Made by a program: the position numbers and the translations under genes. 64,000 nucleotides of DNA, from IMG/VR virus record IMGVR_UViG_3300025723_000013. One strand, written 5' to 3'. The notes beneath the pieces are model-generated. The model searched no databases. It was not told the DNA's origin and saw only the letters and a list, made by a program, of their open reading frames with translations. This DNA is from a virus. Its lineage: Duplodnaviria; Caudoviricetes. Shown here one piece after another: positions 58,791-64,000 of the stretch; within the stretch, counting starts at the first letter, position 1, and each line of letters begins with the position of its first letter.

Positions 58791-61772
58791 TTATGCCTTT
58801 GGAATGGGAGCGGCAGCTCCTCCGCCGGTAGGGGTTGGACTGGCAACTCCGGGCTGGCCCGGAGGTTCTTGACCTGTTTGCAGTGTTTCCGATCCTAGAT
58901 CACTTTGTCCCAAATTGCCTAGATCGCTGCTCAATCCTGCAGAAGTTACACCTACCGAACGCATCTCGGCCTGTGCATTTACATTGGCTGCAGACTCAAT
59001 ATTTTCTTCTCTCCACAGTTCTTCATTTTCAGCGATTTCTTCTGCTGTCAATCCCAAGAATCGTTTCAGGGTGAATCGTTTGCTGAGATAAGGCACTTCG
59101 GAAATGGCCTGATATGTGGATACCCTGGCTGTGTCCATTTCGGCTTGCCTGTGTGCGGCAAAATTTTGAGGAGGATTAAATCTTAAATCAAACAGATTTG
59201 GATCAATGTTCATGCCTTTGTTATAAAGGTATAACTTGAACTCTTCGTCAAATTTTTCATTGATCAAACTTTGCAGGCGTTCGCAATAGTTATTAAAACG
59301 CAGTTCTTGTATGTATGCTGTTCCAACTTTTCCATCAGTGAACGCTGCCTGGCTGTCATCTACCCCGGTAGGCAAATAGCTGCTGGGGATACGCAATGCA
59401 CGCATTAATTTTTGTGTAAAGAACAGCAAGTCACTGATTTCACCTAGATTGGTGCCGCCGGGCAATATCTCAACCTTAGATCCTCTGCCCTCGGCAGTTT
59501 GCGGAAAGAAATAGTCTTCATTTATGGAGTTTTTGACAAAAATTCCGCTTTCTATTGCAAATGTGTGGAAGTTGTGCCATTTTTCAGTACCGTCAATGGT
59601 TATTGTTCCGGTATCTCTATTTGAAACCGTTTCAATTTTTACAACTCTATGATTGAAATGGTGGATTTCTCGTACAAACGACTTCCAATTTTTATAACCA
59701 AATTTTTCAATCAATCTATCTAATTTACTATATCCAAACTTATCAAAGTCAATCTTGCATTGTGCGTTTTTATATTCTAATGTGTTGGAATTTTCCTTGC
59801 GCACCATATCTAATAGCGTTTGATCTTTATCGCATAAAGAAATTATTTCATTTTTATTCGCACATCCCAATTTAACTTTGTCTGCAATACGTTGCAACAT
59901 ATCAAATGTTAAGTTAAGTGATTGATTTTTGATCTTGATTCTGTTTTCTAAATTTTTATTCAGCTTATCTAGAAACTCCGGATGATTAGCAATATATTTT
60001 TTCCTAGATTCTGATGCATTCTTTTTATACGATGCTATTGTAGCGAGATCAGTCTGTCTCATTATCACTGATTTTTTCTGTGCGGCTCTGATATTCCACA
60101 AAGCATCTAACCGTTCTTGCTCAGTTAAATTAGCCCACCGCTGTTTAAGTGTCGTAGAAATTTTATCAGTCATTTCAAGTCTATATTCCTCGCTCATGGT
60201 TTCCCAAAATTCTTTTTTCTGAGAAGCATGATACAGAATATGATCCTCTTTGTTCATGTAGGTTAAATTTCTTGGATCGTTATTATATCTATTAGAATCT
60301 TTATGATGTATTACAGCTTTTGCTTTGTCTGCATTTTCTGGCAGATACGTGAATTCTTGATGTTTGTTAACACTTCTAAAGAATTCTCCAACGATCCTAT
60401 GTGTCCATTTCCACGATTTAGATGCATGATCCCAAACCTGTTGATAGGTATTTTTACTATTGGGCATTGCGGTCTGTTGGGTGTTGAACGCAATTAAACT
60501 GTCATCAATAGTTAAATCTTTTGCTTGAACAAAACCTTTTCCAAATACCGGAATTTTATGATCTGGAGTACATATTAGTTCTTTACCGTTATCAAAGGTC
60601 AATTTAATAACAGCCGTGTCTTTTCTTGTAACTCCTGCCCAATTAATCACGCCTGGAACAATTTCTCCAGTTTCTGGATTGCAACTGTATGCCCAATTTT
60701 CTTTTCCTGATTCAAATTCAGATATAAGTTCAGATAAGGTCAATGTTCTTCCATCTAACAAAGGAATTTTGGTATTCAAATCCAAACATAAAGGGTTATA
60801 ACTGGCATCAATCACGCTTTGTCCGCCGCCGGTAACACTAGGAATACGACGTTGATTGATTTCATTTTTAACACGTTCCACAAAGCTCATGGCCAAGTGA
60901 CTTGGCATGTTGCCTACGTCAATATAAAATACGCGGCGTTCCGGTGCACGCTGCACTCGATAGATAATGATGGCATCTTCTAATAATTCTTTTTGTTTGT
61001 AGACTTTGAAAATGGTTTCCATCAAGCTGTTGCCAAACGGAAAGTTATTATCCAGTCCTTCACTAAGGCTCAGATGCACCACATGTTTGGCATCAATGGC
61101 CCATTGATTCTGATTGATGGTAAATCTGCTGCCCATGCTTTGAGGATATGCGCCGACCATGCCTCTCTGTTGGGCTCCGCCGGTCACATAGGCTGTGCCT
61201 CCAGGAGTGCTGTTTTGATTGGTAGGAGTGATTTGTGTTACTGTTAAATTTTGAAAATTGATATTGACATCACGTATCACATACTGTTCAGGTTTCTTGC
61301 CTTCACTTTCATTAACAATCACTTTATCAATCTTGCTGGGATCTATGTAAAACCAAGCGTGTGTTTCGGGATCTCGAATAAAAAAGCAGTCACCGTACTT
61401 GAATGTGTTACGGATGATTTTAAAAATCCTATTGCTGAACTTGTTGAGTTTGGTCCACTGCTGCAGATACTTTTTGATAATTTTAATTTCAGTGGGTGTG
61501 GCTTGATCTTTGAAAAAGGCATAGAACGGAGTGCCATTTTCGTCGTTGAGCTGTGTGCAAAATTCTGCCAATATGTCAAATGCAGCATTGACTTCTGGAT
61601 CCATGTCCATGGTATCATACTGACTGTATCTTTCCAAACGATTAGGATGACCACTGTAAACATCTGGCAAATATGATGAATAATTGGTTCTCGCAGGACT
61701 AGTGCGTCCAGACTGACTCAATGGACTCATTGATCCTGAATTTACTGGGGTAAAATATCTTTTCCACGTCAT
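58791..61772 (-). CDS. gp20: Portal protein, intein-containing precursor
   Basis: MDMDPEVNAA, LEDAIIIYRVQRAPERRVFYIDVGNMP, EDYFFPQ..GRGS.VE.LPGG.NLG. Confidence 0.95.
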   Translation of the reverse strand: MTWKRYFTPVNSGSMSPLSQSGRTSPARTNYSSYLPDVYSGHPNRLERYSQYDTMDMDPEVNAAFDILAEFCTQLNDENGTPFYAFFKDQATPTEIKIIKKYLQQWTKLNKFSNRIFKIIRNTFKYGDCFFIRDPETHAWFYIDPSKIDKVIVNESEGKKPEQYVIRDVNINFQNLTVTQITPTNQNSTPGGTAYVTGGAQQRGMVGAYPQSMGSRFTINQNQWAIDAKHVVHLSLSEGLDNNFPFGNSLMETIFKVYKQKELLEDAIIIYRVQRAPERRVFYIDVGNMPSHLAMSFVERVKNEINQRRIPSVTGGGQSVIDASYNPLCLDLNTKIPLLDGRTLTLSELISEFESGKENWAYSCNPETGEIVPGVINWAGVTRKDTAVIKLTFDNGKELICTPDHKIPVFGKGFVQAKDLTIDDSLIAFNTQQTAMPNSKNTYQQVWDHASKSWKWTHRIVGEFFRSVNKHQEFTYLPENADKAKAVIHHKDSNRYNNDPRNLTYMNKEDHILYHASQKKEFWETMSEEYRLEMTDKISTTLKQRWANLTEQERLDALWNIRAAQKKSVIMRQTDLATIASYKKNASESRKKYIANHPEFLDKLNKNLENRIKIKNQSLNLTFDMLQRIADKVKLGCANKNEIISLCDKDQTLLDMVRKENSNTLEYKNAQCKIDFDKFGYSKLDRLIEKFGYKNWKSFVREIHHFNHRVVKIETVSNRDTGTITIDGTEKWHNFHTFAIESGIFVKNSINEDYFFPQTAEGRGSKVEILPGGTNLGEISDLLFFTQKLMRALRIPSSYLPTGVDDSQAAFTDGKVGTAYIQELRFNNYCERLQSLINEKFDEEFKLYLYNKGMNIDPNLFDLRFNPPQNFAAHRQAEMDTARVSTYQAISEVPYLSKRFTLKRFLGLTAEEIAENEELWREENIESAANVNAQAEMRSVGVTSAGLSSDLGNLGQSDLGSETLQTGQEPPGQPGVASPTPTGGGAAAPIPKA
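59529..60788 (-). mobile_element. Intein (420 aa) with HNH homing endonuclease in portal
   Basis: Inserted in YNPL|SINEDY; C1 CLDLNTKI, block B CTPDH, HRIV..HHKDSNRYNN..NL..H, ends FVKN followed by Ser. Confidence 0.93.
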
Positions 61773-61778
61773 AATTTA

Positions 61779-64000
61779 TTAACTCGGGAATACATTTCTG
61801 TTCAAAGCCTTGGTTGCGCTGACATTTTGCTTGGCATGATCATTGGATTCTTTTATAACCCGTAACATCTCCATCATTGTGTTATTTAACTTTTTTACTT
61901 CGGTTCCAAGATTTATTTCTTCTTTGGCCGCAACTGGTGAACTATTGCTAGCAGTGGCAACAGTATCAGACTTTTCATTAGGGCCAAATGCCTTGGTGAC
62001 CAACGACACAAACCCTGAAACAATTGTTTGTCCCACGCCCGGCGAAGCTTCTTTGATCTTTTGCATACCAGCTGCTACCTGCGCTAGTTTTGCTGGATCT
62101 ACTTGATTGAGTTTCTGTAAACCCTCAGCCACAGTTCCATATCCTTTGCCCAACGCTATCAATCCCAAACTTAACGGAATGGCAGACAGCCCAAAAGCGC
62201 TCATTCCCGGAGCTGCCAGCAGCATACGACCATACGGAGCGTTGCTTATAAAATCCGCTAGATTCATGCCCAGAGCTCCTAATCCGTTTCCGCCGCCGCT
62301 TTTTTGTATAGATTGCAGCCCTGTACCCATGGCAACAAGTGCAAGGCCCAGCATCCCAAATGCCACGGACGTAAAAATTATTGCCGGAGCAACCGGAGCT
62401 GCGAGAGCAGCAGCAGCAGCAAGACCTGTCATGACTCCAATTCCTATAAAGGCCGAACCCCAATTAACTCCGCTAAATTCTTTAAAAGCATTGGCCGCTA
62501 CATATACCGCTGCCCCTAATCCTACGAGAGACGCTACTCCTAGCAATGCTCTAGGATCTCCTAGTTTTTTGAGACCTTCGGCCAATCCTCCCACGGCCTC
62601 TCCTGCACCTTTGCCAATTCCTCCAAGAACTGACCCAACTCCGCCAACTCCTTTTCCAACAATGGCTCCGCTGCCACCTACGGCTTCGCCTGCACCTCCT
62701 AAAACAGATGCACCAACTGATGCTATACCTGATACAGCACTTTTAAAAGCCATTCTGGCAATAACCGCTGAGATCGCTATTCCAAGCACTGTTATAAGTT
62801 TTCCAAATCCGCCAAACAGTCCATTAAGACTTGATACTAGAGATGATAAAAATGTCAATGTTTTTCCAAAGACACCAAGTATGCCTGTCACGATTGATAT
62901 AGGAAGAGAAAAACTATCAATCAAAGATGCTCCCAGTTCACGAAATCCTTTGTTAAGTTCGGCCATTTCAGATGCTTGGCTTGTTGCCCTAGCAGCTCTT
63001 TCGTCGGCTATTTTTTTATCTCTAGCAGCAAATGCCTCTTCGTTGTTTAGCCCAGCTTGTGTTTGTTTAGCCACAGTGAGTTGAGCCTGATCTATACCTT
63101 TTACAAATCCAAGCACAGCAGGTGAAACTTGGTTTAGGCCTTGTTGTGCCGCAAGTGAAATGTTGTTTTGCGCTTTTATGTACTCTTTTGATCCCACTGC
63201 ATATTTTGTCAGATTGGCATATGCCGAGGTCATTCCGGGAGCCAATGCTGAGAGCATTTGTCCTTCCTTGGTGATTACAGCACGACCTTGCGCCTGCGCC
63301 AAAGCCATATCTCTACCTGCGGTGCCGTACTGTTGTGTCATGTATTGCACATTTGCTAAAAATTTCTCTCGGATTTCCGGTGCCATTCTAGCAGCAGTTG
63401 TTTGTATTTCTGCATCCAATTGTTGTTTTTTCATTAATTCATTTTGTTCTTCACGGGATTTTCCTGTTACTTCTGCCAATCGATCCAGCTCTTCCAAGTA
63501 CTGTACTGCTCCTTCTCTCAATGCTTTATTGGTTTCAAGTTCCTTGGCGTTGCTGACTCCCGAAGCGGCCAAATACGTCAGCATGCCTTGATTGGCTTCT
63601 TGCGCGGTGTATCCCAAAGCCATTAAATCGTTACCAGCTTGACTGTTTAGTATTTGCGACGAAAATTTTGAAAATGCTATTACACCGCCATTGACGCTGC
63701 CTGTTATCTGTAAAAAAGCGGCACTGTTTGATTTTATCAAACTGCTAAATTGATCTATAGTTAGATAACTTTTTGCTGCTGCTGTTCTTAGATCGGTTAG
63801 GCTTCCAGCAAATGAAGCGCCTGCATTGCTTATCTGCTGATAAACTTCAAAGTTTTTTTCCTGCATGGCTGCTGCTTTGGCCAATCCCTGGAAAACCAAT
63901 CCCACCACTGTGGAATCATTTGCAAATGTTTTAAAAATACCGCTAGCAGACGAAGTGCCTTCAACTAAAGAATTTAAACTGGAATGAAATAACGTTTGTT
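61779..64000 (-). CDS. Tape-measure-like protein, 5' end beyond window
   Basis: Long Ala/Gly-rich helical protein; frame remains open from 63908 to the window edge (QTLFHSSLNSLVEG...). Confidence 0.65.
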   Translation of the reverse strand, partial: QTLFHSSLNSLVEGTSSASGIFKTFANDSTVVGLVFQGLAKAAAMQEKNFEVYQQISNAGASFAGSLTDLRTAAAKSYLTIDQFSSLIKSNSAAFLQITGSVNGGVIAFSKFSSQILNSQAGNDLMALGYTAQEANQGMLTYLAASGVSNAKELETNKALREGAVQYLEELDRLAEVTGKSREEQNELMKKQQLDAEIQTTAARMAPEIREKFLANVQYMTQQYGTAGRDMALAQAQGRAVITKEGQMLSALAPGMTSAYANLTKYAVGSKEYIKAQNNISLAAQQGLNQVSPAVLGFVKGIDQAQLTVAKQTQAGLNNEEAFAARDKKIADERAARATSQASEMAELNKGFRELGASLIDSFSLPISIVTGILGVFGKTLTFLSSLVSSLNGLFGGFGKLITVLGIAISAVIARMAFKSAVSGIASVGASVLGGAGEAVGGSGAIVGKGVGGVGSVLGGIGKGAGEAVGGLAEGLKKLGDPRALLGVASLVGLGAAVYVAANAFKEFSGVNWGSAFIGIGVMTGLAAAAALAAPVAPAIIFTSVAFGMLGLALVAMGTGLQSIQKSGGGNGLGALGMNLADFISNAPYGRMLLAAPGMSAFGLSAIPLSLGLIALGKGYGTVAEGLQKLNQVDPAKLAQVAAGMQKIKEASPGVGQTIVSGFVSLVTKAFGPNEKSDTVATASNSSPVAAKEEINLGTEVKKLNNTMMEMLRVIKESNDHAKQNVSATKALNRNVFPS

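Noticed and set aside
61843-63626. Plus-strand ORFs opposite the tape-measure-like gene (e.g. 325 aa)
   Set aside because: Antisense to an Ala/Gly-rich gene; no independent expression signals or recognisable motifs

Overview
This is a 64-kb segment of a large T4-superfamily myophage genome, with no tRNA, rRNA or CRISPR array seen. Nearly all real genes lie on the minus strand. In coding order the window holds a tape-measure-like gene (truncated at the window edge), a portal gp20 carrying a 420-aa HNH intein, head assembly genes (prohead core, gp21 protease, gp22 scaffold, gp23 capsid), and a ~27-kb tail fibre/adhesin cluster. That cluster includes a 2557-aa beta-helix/repeat protein, two giant collagen-like Gly-X-Y fibres, a LamG protein and a gp38-like glycine-rich adhesin, followed by a cupin and a 2OG-Fe(II) oxygenase. 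Next come a plus-strand island (gp14, gp15, Nudix), gp13, dNMP kinase, sheath, two tube-like genes, gp4, gp16/gp17, putative internal head proteins, and a recombination module (gp32, UvsX, UvsY, UvsW), then a GT17-fusion glycosyltransferase and a gp62-like clamp loader subunit. The least explained signals are five. (1) T4-type TAAATA late promoters fall into two classes: 4-7 nt before an SD-less ATG (apparently leaderless) or at the head of longer SD-containing leaders. (2) Several structured late leaders occur, one with a 16-codon uORF and a possible SD-adjacent pseudoknot. (3) Two ~1000-residue collagen-like fibres share DNA blocks and carry exact tandem repeats, with candidate modifying enzymes nearby. 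(4) A short [ILM]xx[LI][AS]G[LIV] peptide is shared by head proteins. (5) A probable catalytically dead stand-alone Hint-fold protein is coupled to UvsW. All protein family calls are from motif recognition by eye; no searches were run.
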